Of a DNA stretch of 36,800 nt, positions 16,523 to 24,128 are shown piece by piece (within the stretch, counting starts at the first letter, position 1; each line of letters opens with the position of its first letter). A program made the position numbers and the translations under genes. The notes under the pieces are model-generated. The model was not told the origin of the DNA, ran no database searches, and saw nothing but the letters and a program-made list of their open reading frames with translations. Where the stretch lies: the IMG/VR virus record IMGVR_UViG_3300047308_000142, positions 1 to 36,800 of that record. One strand, given 5' to 3'. Source of the stretch: a virus. Its lineage: Duplodnaviria > Caudoviricetes.

Positions 16523-18691
16523 TTACCAGCGGTTAATCGTGGCAATAGGTTTGGGCTTTGGCTTGTCCATCTTGGACGCACGCCGCACACCTTCGCAGGC
16601 ATATCGCAAGGCGTCGATGACGTGGTTCTTCTTATCCTCGAGCACTGGCAGGATGGCGCCGGTCGCCGGGTCCGTCTTATATGAGTAGAGCGTCAACTCG
16701 TCAATCGTATGAGTGCAGCGCGGATGCACGACGATATCGTATGACTTTAGCCACTCGATACCCTCCTCGACCGAGCGCGGCCCCTTGACTGCCGGCATGA
16801 TCTTTGGGAACCCGTGCCGCATCATGTGACTAATCGTCTCAGGCCTGGCCGAATCAGCCACCAGTGGCCACTTCTCAGACTCAGGGACCGTCATGAATAG
16901 GTCAGGCGTGTCGAGAATCTCGCAGCCGATTCGATAGGCTTCGTGATCTATATATAGCGTGCGTCCGATAATGTGGCAGCGAACCAACACTGTTGGATCT
17001 ACAGCAAAGCCCCAGTCAGCGCCCAGCCTGTGCACAGCATCGCGCGGTGCGTCGAACTCTTCGATGCGCCAGTTCTTAAAGACACGGGACTCGGAGTTGC
17101 GCTGATACTCACCGAGCCATATGTGTGCGTACTTATCAGGATCGCGGCGCTTGTCGTACTCCATTTCATCGCGTAGCACATCGGGCAGCCATGGGTTGTC
17201 GAGGTAGTTAACTTGCACGACCTGCGCTCCAGGTGGAGGCGTTTTGCCACGTAGTAGCGAGTCCACCGGATCGGTATTGCTACGCGGGTTCCAGCTAAAC
17301 CAAAGTTCGGAGCCAGGCTTTCGGATCGTCGGACGCAGCAGGTCTAGGCTTGTCTGACTCAAGCTCTGCGCCTCTTCGACCCATGCTCGGTCGTAGCCCT
17401 CCAGGCTCTTAATAGAATCAGCGGTATGATTTTGCATACCCTGAAAGATAATGCGGCCGTTGCCTTTCTTATTTTTAATCTGCGCTTCTTGCACCTCAAA
17501 GTACGCGCCGGCGTTTAATTCCTCGATTTTATTCTCTAATAATCTTTTGACCGACTGATTTAAACTCTTTTGAATCTCACGCACGCAAACGCTATTACTG
17601 TTCGGGTCAATAATGTGCGCTTCGATCATTAACTCTGCGAAGAAATGTGATTTACCGCTGTTGTGATTGACGATGCCGTTTGACAGATAACAGTTCGTGC
17701 CGTAGACGTGCAGATCCCAGTAAGTTTGTCGGCTGTGGTAGCTGATCAGTCTAACATTAGATATAATGAAATCCTCATCCACCGCGAGGTAATCAAATGT
17801 CTTATGAAGATCGTTACGCGCAAGCCTGTCGTCAGGTTTTTCAAAGTTTCTTGCCTGATTTCTCTGGATGCAAAGACCAGCAAGAGGCGCAGACCATTTT
17901 AGAGCTGGCTCGAAATGGCAAGAAATCAGCCGAAATAGCCGATGTAATCGGAAAGACTCCGAAAGCTGTTCAGAAATTTTTCCGTAGATACAACTTCCCA
18001 AACTTGCACAATGTTTGCCCGCGTGAAGAGCACGAGCAGCCAATGTGGAAAGGCGGCGTGAAAATTGTAAAAGGATATGCGTATCAACGCACCAAGGATC
18101 ACCCGAACAAGTCAAAGCATGGCGGATATGTTGCCGTTCATCGCTTGGTGATGGAGCAAAAGATAGGGCGTTTCCTGCTGCCTGAAGAAGTGGTCGATCA
18201 TATTGATGGAGACACTTTGAATAACCATCATGACAATCTGAGAGTTTTTGCAAACAATGCCGAGCATTTGCGTGTGACGCTTGCTGGTCGCTGCCCGAAA
18301 TGGTCAGAGGATGGGAAGAAGCGGATTTCTGACGCTGTACGACAACGCCATGCCCAGGCGAGATCTCGCAAAGCATCCGCCAACCAGACTGAGTGAGGAA
18401 CTTATGCTCATCTGTGACAATTATTGATCGCCCGTCATCTAATATGACTTTATAGAGATTTTCAACAGTGCAAGCAAAAGCCGGCGTTGCTTGGGCTTGC
18501 ACTTTTTTACCGTTTTCCCAAGACCAAACTGCCCCGCCCTTGAAGTCTGATATCTTGACCTGGCCGTTTGGGGTATCAATCAATGTATCAGGATGAACGC
18601 ATCCCCTACCTCCGTGCGCGCCTTTATAGCGCGACGGATTTAGCAGAGGCAACGCCCATTCGGGCGTATTAATTTGCAGGGTTTTTTTCAA
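16523..18691 (-). CDS. terL: Terminase large subunit (PBSX/Terminase_3-like) containing an intein; about 408 aa after splicing
   Basis: Walker A GGRG/SGKS split by the insert; CVREIQKSL, IKSLEG, Walker B WVEEAQ, SWNP; nuclease motifs GADWGF..DP, ADSARPE and NHVIDALRYA. Confidence 0.95.
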   Translation of the reverse strand: MKKTLQINTPEWALPLLNPSRYKGAHGGRGCVHPDTLIDTPNGQVKISDFKGGAVWSWENGKKVQAQATPAFACTVENLYKVILDDGRSIIVTDEHKFLTQSGWRMLCEISPGHGVVVQRQKSASSHPLTISGSDQQASHANARHCLQKLSDCHDGYSKCLHQYDRPLLQAAGNALSFAPSPSDERQHIRHALTCSGDPWCVDTHILLQFSRRLSTLAARALHAGKHCASLGSCIYGKISEQLSESFRLHRLFRLISCHFEPALKWSAPLAGLCIQRNQARNFEKPDDRLARNDLHKTFDYLAVDEDFIISNVRLISYHSRQTYWDLHVYGTNCYLSNGIVNHNSGKSHFFAELMIEAHIIDPNSNSVCVREIQKSLNQSVKRLLENKIEELNAGAYFEVQEAQIKNKKGNGRIIFQGMQNHTADSIKSLEGYDRAWVEEAQSLSQTSLDLLRPTIRKPGSELWFSWNPRSNTDPVDSLLRGKTPPPGAQVVQVNYLDNPWLPDVLRDEMEYDKRRDPDKYAHIWLGEYQRNSESRVFKNWRIEEFDAPRDAVHRLGADWGFAVDPTVLVRCHIIGRTLYIDHEAYRIGCEILDTPDLFMTVPESEKWPLVADSARPETISHMMRHGFPKIMPAVKGPRSVEEGIEWLKSYDIVVHPRCTHTIDELTLYSYKTDPATGAILPVLEDKKNHVIDALRYACEGVRRASKMDKPKPKPIATINRW
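17762..17790 (+). promoter_or_regulatory. Putative -10 box and Shine-Dalgarno of the antisense HNH gene
   Basis: TATAAT at 17762-17767 and GAGGT at 17786-17790, 6 nt before ATG 17797; no convincing -35. Confidence 0.55.
17797..18396 (+). CDS. HNH homing endonuclease encoded antisense inside the terL intein
   Basis: 199 aa; N-terminal HTH-like segment (GKKSAEIADVIGKTPKAVQKFF), WKGG, HNH motif HRLVME...VVDHIDGDTLNNHHDNL, NUMOD3-like KWSEDGKKRIS; has its own SD. Confidence 0.9.
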   Translation: MSYEDRYAQACRQVFQSFLPDFSGCKDQQEAQTILELARNGKKSAEIADVIGKTPKAVQKFFRRYNFPNLHNVCPREEHEQPMWKGGVKIVKGYAYQRTKDHPNKSKHGGYVAVHRLVMEQKIGRFLLPEEVVDHIDGDTLNNHHDNLRVFANNAEHLRVTLAGRCPKWSEDGKKRISDAVRQRHAQARSRKASANQTE

Positions 18692-19029
18692 TCAAAATCT
18701 TTGTTAACTGATCGCTCAGCGTAGTCATTACAAAATTTGATAAGCATTTGTTCTCGCTTTGATTCTGTGAACATAGCATCAAACAATTCTGCCGTCTCAA
18801 ACTGTCGATGCTCGTTGCACCATTCCACCATCTCTTCGAGCACGGTAGCCTGTGCAGAACTGTACATTGGAAACTTTGTATAGACGCGGCACAAGCTCAT
18901 CATCACGCCATGCTTCTTGATGTCCTGGTAGACCTCATCAGAAATCTCTTGGACTAGGTCATCAATCCTGGCCGACTTTTCAAAGTAAGGATTATTGAGA
19001 TTGAAGTCGTATTCGTTGCGTCCGTACAT
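18688..19029 (-). CDS. Hypothetical protein (113 aa), moron-like, between terS and terL
   Basis: ATG 19029 has a GAGG SD and lies downstream of a strong promoter; the track's longer start (19095) falls inside that promoter. Its stop overlaps the terL TTG start. Confidence 0.75.
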   Translation of the reverse strand: MYGRNEYDFNLNNPYFEKSARIDDLVQEISDEVYQDIKKHGVMMSLCRVYTKFPMYSSAQATVLEEMVEWCNEHRQFETAELFDAMFTESKREQMLIKFCNDYAERSVNKDFD

Positions 19030-19084
19030 GTGAGCCTCGTTTTGTCTAAGACAGGTTGGGGTTAGTTGCGAATCAGTAAGAGCT

Positions 19085-19113
19085 ACTATACGCACACTTT
19101 CTCACAATGTCAA
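19085..19113 (-). promoter_or_regulatory. Sigma70-type promoter
   Basis: Minus strand TTGACA-17 bp-TATAGT. Confidence 0.8.
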
Positions 19114-19118
19114 ACGAA

Positions 19119-19541
19119 CTATTTGCCGTCTGTCGGCTTGATAACGACGCGCTCGATGCGTTCGATGGCGATAGGGTTGGCAGCGTCGCCACTAAGCTCT
19201 AGCTTCTCGCCGTACCTCTTGGGCGCCAACTTAGATAGCAGCCACTTGCGCGTGTCTACTTGCAGCCGGTGCTTTTGGATCGCCGCCCAGTCTTTCTTGC
19301 CGTCCGGTGTCACGCCAACATCAGCATCGCTTAGGTCGATGACTTCCTGTGCAATGCGCTCAATTAAATCTTCGCGCGCGCGCGCGTAGTCTGCAGCGAG
19401 GTCGGCGTCATCATTCAACCACAAATTAAACGTGCTTTGATTCACGCCAGCCTCTTTGCAGGCTTTAAACGCACTCAATCCGCCGCGCATGCCTTCTAGC
19501 ACCTTGGCGGAAATCTCTGCTTTTCTGGGGTTTTCTCTCAT
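19119..19541 (-). CDS. terS: Terminase small subunit (Sf6-like)
   Basis: N-terminal HTH, DYARARE, RLQVDTRKWLLSKLAPKRYG motif; upstream of terL. Confidence 0.9.
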   Translation of the reverse strand: MRENPRKAEISAKVLEGMRGGLSAFKACKEAGVNQSTFNLWLNDDADLAADYARAREDLIERIAQEVIDLSDADVGVTPDGKKDWAAIQKHRLQVDTRKWLLSKLAPKRYGEKLELSGDAANPIAIERIERVVIKPTDGK

Positions 19542-19828
19542 CCCTTCCCCATATCACGTAGCGCCTCGACTGTCAACGAATACAGCTTCGGCTTGTATCT
19601 GTGAAGAGTCAAGGCGCATGAGTTCCAGCCTATCCGCTCGCCATTCCAAGCAAGCCAAAAGTTAGCTTTACCAACCACCGGTTCAGCCGCCGCTAGCTTG
19701 TATCTCTGCCACATAGCTCCGGGCTTTTCTGGGCGCTTGTAAAGCCTCCAGACTACCGAGTAATGCTCGCCTACGTCACACACAAATTCGAGGCCTGAAT
19801 CAGTGCCTTCGGTCAATTTCAGGGCCAT
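19538..19828 (-). CDS. Hypothetical protein
   Basis: 96 aa; GGAG SD; ATGA overlap with terS. Confidence 0.7.
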   Translation of the reverse strand: MALKLTEGTDSGLEFVCDVGEHYSVVWRLYKRPEKPGAMWQRYKLAAAEPVVGKANFWLAWNGERIGWNSCALTLHRYKPKLYSLTVEALRDMGKG

Positions 19829-19903
19829 GCTTTCACTCCAAAGTGAGGCCCATCTCCGTCGCTCTATTTCTTGTTAGTGCCCACTAACTTATGGGTCTTT
19901 TTT

Positions 19904-20052
19904 TGTTACTAAATTTTGTTACTGACAAATGTTACCGAAGTCTGCGCCGAAGTCCGCTAACGCAGGCGCAGCCTATCATCCGGTAACATTTTTGTCAACC
20001 CTGTCCGATGTTACCAATTGTTACCGGTAACATTCGGTAACATTCGGTAACA
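19904..20052. repeat. Iteron-like array (9 x TGTTAC, both orientations), putative replication origin
   Basis: TGTTAC at 19904, 19917, 19930, 20009, 20019; GTAACA at 19983, 20027, 20037, 20047; non-coding, abutting the primase stop. Confidence 0.8.
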
Positions 20053-22074
20053 TCATTTAGCCCCAAAAAACGCCCCTAAAAACACGGTGGACATGGCGTC
20101 CTGTGTGGGTGCGTAGCCATCCTCTAGTGCCTCTATGTACTGGGCATCTAAGAGTGCCTTTTTGGCCTTGCTTAGAGCCGTTCTACGGGCTCCGTCGGTG
20201 GGATAGTCCTGTCCCTTTAGGTACTCCACCCAAGCGCTATTTCGCAGCACAATGCGCCCGCCTTTGAGCCATCCGAACCCATCGTTAATGGCTTTTTCAA
20301 ACTGGCGCCGAGCCTCTGCGAGTGCTTTAGATTCTTTTGTGATTGTTGCTTTTTCGTCACTCTCACACTGCACAAGAACGGCGGAAGTTACCTGTTCGCC
20401 ATCCTCATCTAACCATCCTGGAATCTCGACTGACTCGAGTCTGGCGGTGATTGGCTGGGATAGTTCAGCGTCCTTGCTCTTCCTTTGAATGATCTCGATG
20501 GGTTGTCCTGGCTCCTCGGCCGGCACGATGTTCACCTCGATATCAAGTGCGCCTTTCCATGCACTGGACCCCCTGGCGCGGTGTTGTGCCTCGGCTGATA
20601 CGCCTGTGTGATGTACTTGGATGACGGTGCATCGAAACTCGCGCATGAGTGCCCCGCAGGCATCAATCATCGACTTGGCGTCCTGTGCTGAATTCTCATC
20701 GCCATGCAGGAATCGGTGCAGTGTGTCTATGACAATCACGGCTGGGGTGCTGGGAAGCTGGCGCAGGCTCTCGACGACTTTCATGTATCCGTCGGGCGTG
20801 TTTAGGTCGCAGCCGTCCTTGCTGAGCCACATATCGAGACGCTCGACCTGGTGGTAATGCTTCCAGGCTGCGACGCGGGATCTGAGGCCGTGGTGACCTT
20901 CGCCAGCTAGGTAGACGACTGGCCCGTGCTTGACTCGGTGGCCGGCCCATTGGTCGATCTGGCTTGCGACACGGAGGCACCAGTCCAGGACTAGGAATGT
21001 CTTGCCGCCCCCGCTTGGACCGTGGATCATGACCAGGGCTTCAGACTGTAGCCAGCCTTTAATGAGCCATGAAATAGGCGCGGGTTGCTTACAGAATTCA
21101 TCGGCCGCAATGAGCCATGAATTCTTGGGCGGCATCAGTAGTGCGCTTAGGTCACCGCCGGCCATTTTGTAATCGTTGGCGTCCTGACCTTTTTCTGGTG
21201 GCATGACCATACGGGCGCCGTATTTGGCTGATGCTTGCTCGGCGTAGCGCTCACCGACGCCGCTCAAGTCATTGTCAGCAACGATCACGATATCTTGAGT
21301 CGAGCCGTATTGATCACGGAGCGAGCCAACGACCGGCACTAGATTGCTGGCGCTGTATGCTACGACGCAAGGGCGGCGGGTGACTTCGGTAATTGTTGCG
21401 GCGGTGGCGAATCCTTCGGCCACGAATAGCGCACCGGGTTCGTCCATGGTGCCTAGCATCCAATAACAGCCGCCGGTCTGAGCGCCAGGGTGATAGCGCT
21501 TTTCGCCATCTGCGCCGATGTATTGCAGGCTGCTTAGCTCGCCATCTGGGGTGTATAGAGGAACGACTAGGCGGCCATCTCCGGTGACTCTAGCGCCGTG
21601 TAGGCCGATAGCCTTGCGGGCTAGATATGGATGGTCCTGGGCGGCGGCCATACAGCCTGACCAGATAGCCTCGACCGTCTCGGCGGCGGCTTCGCGCTGG
21701 CGCTTTAGCTCGGCGTCTCTTAATAGCTTTGCCTCGGCCAGTCGGCGGGCATGCGCCATCTCTTCGGTCTGGCTGAGTTTGCGGCCAATGTCTGCGCGCC
21801 AATTGATCTCAACACCCGATCTCCAACAGCCAAATTTCCCGGCCGGCACTCCGTCACCGAATACGATGTACCAGCCTGGCTTGTCGCCGTGTCCTGGAGA
21901 GCCTTTCGTGCCGCTTTTGAATCTATGAATCCGGCCATCGAATTGGATATCTGTCGGCGGCTCCATACCTGCCGAGCGGATAGCGTCGATGAGCTGTACG
22001 TCTGGAGGTGGAGGGGGCTGCTCGATAGGCGGGCGGAACGCGCCGCCGAATACGTTAGTTAGATCCATTGCCAA
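20053..22074 (-). CDS. DNA primase-helicase (Toprim plus AAA_25/RepA-like helicase)
   Basis: HPYLARK, LQYI, AEGFATA, IVADND, DAND (Toprim); GPSGGGKT, YLAGEG, VIDT, VHHTG and RGSSA (helicase). Confidence 0.92.
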   Translation of the reverse strand: MAMDLTNVFGGAFRPPIEQPPPPPDVQLIDAIRSAGMEPPTDIQFDGRIHRFKSGTKGSPGHGDKPGWYIVFGDGVPAGKFGCWRSGVEINWRADIGRKLSQTEEMAHARRLAEAKLLRDAELKRQREAAAETVEAIWSGCMAAAQDHPYLARKAIGLHGARVTGDGRLVVPLYTPDGELSSLQYIGADGEKRYHPGAQTGGCYWMLGTMDEPGALFVAEGFATAATITEVTRRPCVVAYSASNLVPVVGSLRDQYGSTQDIVIVADNDLSGVGERYAEQASAKYGARMVMPPEKGQDANDYKMAGGDLSALLMPPKNSWLIAADEFCKQPAPISWLIKGWLQSEALVMIHGPSGGGKTFLVLDWCLRVASQIDQWAGHRVKHGPVVYLAGEGHHGLRSRVAAWKHYHQVERLDMWLSKDGCDLNTPDGYMKVVESLRQLPSTPAVIVIDTLHRFLHGDENSAQDAKSMIDACGALMREFRCTVIQVHHTGVSAEAQHRARGSSAWKGALDIEVNIVPAEEPGQPIEIIQRKSKDAELSQPITARLESVEIPGWLDEDGEQVTSAVLVQCESDEKATITKESKALAEARRQFEKAINDGFGWLKGGRIVLRNSAWVEYLKGQDYPTDGARRTALSKAKKALLDAQYIEALEDGYAPTQDAMSTVFLGAFFGAK

Positions 22075-22261
22075 CCTCGACGACTTCGGCGTGGTGAGTG
22101 ACTTTCAATACGTGCCCGCTCAGGTGGGCGATCTGGTACTGGCGCAATAGCGGCGGGTATTCGCCCCATCGGCCAATCGCATGCGGCCAGATGTCGATGA
22201 GCTTGGCAAGCTCCTTGATGCCACCGAAATGCTTAATTGCTTCGTCTGTCGTCATATACAC
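22055..22261 (-). CDS. Cro-like HTH regulator
   Basis: MTTDEAIKHFGGIKELAKLIDIWPHAIGRWGEYPPLLRQYQI matches the P22/N15 Cro-type pattern; first gene of the leftward unit. Confidence 0.85.
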   Translation of the reverse strand: MYMTTDEAIKHFGGIKELAKLIDIWPHAIGRWGEYPPLLRQYQIAHLSGHVLKVTHHAEVVEVGNGSN

Positions 22262-22281
22262 TCACGGTTAACACTCAGGTG

Positions 22282-22310
22282 TTGACACTCTACTGCAATT
22301 TATGTATTCT
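22282..22310 (+). promoter_or_regulatory. Sigma70-type early promoter with overlapping operator-like repeats
   Basis: TTGACA-17 bp-TATTCT; the palindrome AACAC-tcag-GTGTT (22270-22283) overlaps the -35. Confidence 0.8.
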
Positions 22311-22363
22311 GTGTGCACTGTCTCAAACGGATTGGCCGACCGAGACTAAGTTAGGGGGTAAAT

Positions 22364-22588
22364 ATGTACGCACCACGCAAAGCAGCCATGACCAGTGCAG
22401 TAGCTCGTGCGATTGGCAATGATCCTGACCTTTTCAAGCTTGCTTGTGCATGTGTTGAGACTGCACGTAATAAGGATGCGGCGGCGGTAGAGTTCATCTC
22501 GACGCTGATTGGCGCTGGAATTACAAAAACGCCGGAAGGCGCCCGCTATTCATTCGATGAGGTTCGGGCGGCCCTGTCAAGCTACTAG
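22364..22588 (+). CDS. Hypothetical protein
   Basis: 74 aa; AGGGGG SD; first ORF after the promoter. Confidence 0.7.
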   Translation: MYAPRKAAMTSAVARAIGNDPDLFKLACACVETARNKDAAAVEFISTLIGAGITKTPEGARYSFDEVRAALSSY

Positions 22589-22610
22589 CACCAACAGACA
22601 GGGGGCAAGC

Positions 22611-22862
22611 ATGAACACATACAAACTCTCAGAATGCGGCAAGGCTTTGGTCAAGTCGTTTGTTAACCACGTTGCTGCAATGCCAGAGCTGCACAAGATG
22701 TCTTACTGGTATTTGAAGGCGGAAAACACAGCCAACGATGCGATGCCGTGGGAGCCTGTAGTTCTTGAAATGCCAGGGAAATTGACAGCCAGCGGAACAA
22801 AACAATCAATCACGATCTACCGTGAATTATTTGACTTAGAGGTGCCTAATGAAATTAAGTGA
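22611..22862 (+). CDS. Hypothetical protein
   Basis: ATG 22611 with AGGGGG SD (shorter than the track ORF). Confidence 0.7.
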   Translation: MNTYKLSECGKALVKSFVNHVAAMPELHKMSYWYLKAENTANDAMPWEPVVLEMPGKLTASGTKQSITIYRELFDLEVPNEIK

Positions 22863-23055
22863 ATACGAAGCGAATCAAAAGCTTTCTGAAAGCGTTTTCT
22901 ATATTCCAAAGCATGCGCGTCAATCTAAGGCAGAGATTGCGATTGCTTTACAGAAAGAAAGAAAAGAACGGCGCGAAGCTATTTGGCTGATGATTGCGAT
23001 GATTTTTGCCGGGCTTTGTTCTTATGGCGTTATTTATTTCATGATGAGTTTTTAA
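22849..23055 (+). CDS. Hypothetical membrane protein
   Basis: 68 aa; C-terminal hydrophobic helix; GAGG SD. Confidence 0.65.
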   Translation: MKLSEYEANQKLSESVFYIPKHARQSKAEIAIALQKERKERREAIWLMIAMIFAGLCSYGVIYFMMSF

Positions 23056-23056
23056 G

Positions 23057-23737
23057 ATGGCTATCAATCTGAAAAAAACGTCTGATCTTGAGCAAAGCGG
23101 CGTGAAGTTGCTGGTGTATGGCCAGGCAGGCGCAGGCAAAACATCGCTGATTCCTACGCTACCGAACCCGATCATCTTGAGCGCTGAGGGTGGGCTGCTG
23201 TCCATTAAGGACTCTGGGCTGCCGTTTATCGAGATCAGCAACATGCAAACCTTGCGCGATGCTTACTCGTGGCTCAAAGATTCGGGCGAAGCGAAAGACT
23301 TCCAATCGGTGGCGGTTGATTCGATCAGCGAGATAGCTGAGGTCGTGCTGAACGCCGAGAAGAAAGCCAGCAAGGACCCAAGGCAGGCTTACGGGGCGAT
23401 GCAAGAGCAGATGACGGACGTCATTCGCGCATTCCGTGACCTGCCAGGTAGACACGTTTACATGAGCGCCAAGCTGGAGAAAAGCCAGGATGAGCTAGGG
23501 CGGGTGCTGTATTCGCCTAGCATGCCTGGCAATAAGAGCGGGCAAGCGCTGCCGTATTTCTTCGATGAGGTGCTGGCGTTGCGGGTTGAGAAAGACGGCG
23601 ATGGGCATACGCACCGGGCTCTTATGTGTGATTCTGATGGGCTTTGGGCTGCTAAGGATCGAAGCGGCAAGCTCGATGCCTGGGAGGCGCCTGACTTAGG
23701 CGCGGTAATTGGAAAGATTCTTGGGATGCAATCGTGA
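23057..23737 (+). CDS. Sak4-like ATPase / ssDNA annealing protein (AAA_24)
   Basis: LVYGQAGAGKT, SAEGG, VAVDSISE and AKDRSG motifs; upstream of an SSB gene. Confidence 0.88.
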   Translation: MAINLKKTSDLEQSGVKLLVYGQAGAGKTSLIPTLPNPIILSAEGGLLSIKDSGLPFIEISNMQTLRDAYSWLKDSGEAKDFQSVAVDSISEIAEVVLNAEKKASKDPRQAYGAMQEQMTDVIRAFRDLPGRHVYMSAKLEKSQDELGRVLYSPSMPGNKSGQALPYFFDEVLALRVEKDGDGHTHRALMCDSDGLWAAKDRSGKLDAWEAPDLGAVIGKILGMQS

Positions 23738-24126
23738 CCGATGACCTACAAAAACTCGCCCGCGACTGGCTGGAATTCAAGCGAGTCGAGGAACGCGCGG
23801 TCGAGGATCGCCGAAGGATTGAGGATCGAATCAAGTCTTTAGTCGGTGTTGCCGACGACCAGGAGGGATCGACAACAGCAAAGCCAGACGGGTTCACAGT
23901 CAAAATCACAGGCAGGATCGACCGCAAAGTCGATGCCGAAAAGGTGCAGGAATTGGCGGCTGAGTATGGACTGACCGACCACTTAGGCCAGCTATTCCGA
24001 TGGAAACCGGAGATCAACGTCACGGCCTGGCGTGCTGCTGATCCATCAATAACCAGGCCATTAGCCGATGCCATCACGACCAAGCCGTCGCGGGCATCTT
24101 TCAAAATCACTAAGGATGAGGAATAA
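23734..24126 (+). CDS. Conserved recombination-module hypothetical protein
   Basis: 130 aa; coiled coil, RKVD, LFRWKPE, ITTKPSRASFKI; coupled to the ATPase gene. Confidence 0.75.
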   Translation: MTDDLQKLARDWLEFKRVEERAVEDRRRIEDRIKSLVGVADDQEGSTTAKPDGFTVKITGRIDRKVDAEKVQELAAEYGLTDHLGQLFRWKPEINVTAWRAADPSITRPLADAITTKPSRASFKITKDEE

Positions 24127-24128
24127 AA

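Larger units (their letters stand above)
17660..18601 (-). mobile_element. Intein (314 aa, residues 31-344 of TerL)
   Basis: Block A CVHPDTLI, block B VTDEHKFLT..GW, block F YWDLHVYGTNCY, block G GIVNHN followed by +1 Ser; removal restores GGRGSGKS. Confidence 0.95.

Noticed and set aside
17660-18601. Group I intron or split intein explanation of the terL insert
   Set aside because: The insert is in frame and stop-free, with all intein blocks in one polypeptide and exact Cys and His-Asn/Ser junctions.
19904-20052. Repeat array as a mini-CRISPR
   Set aside because: The repeats are 6-10 bp in both orientations with no unique spacers; the Cas4-like nuclease belongs to the ordinary recombination module.
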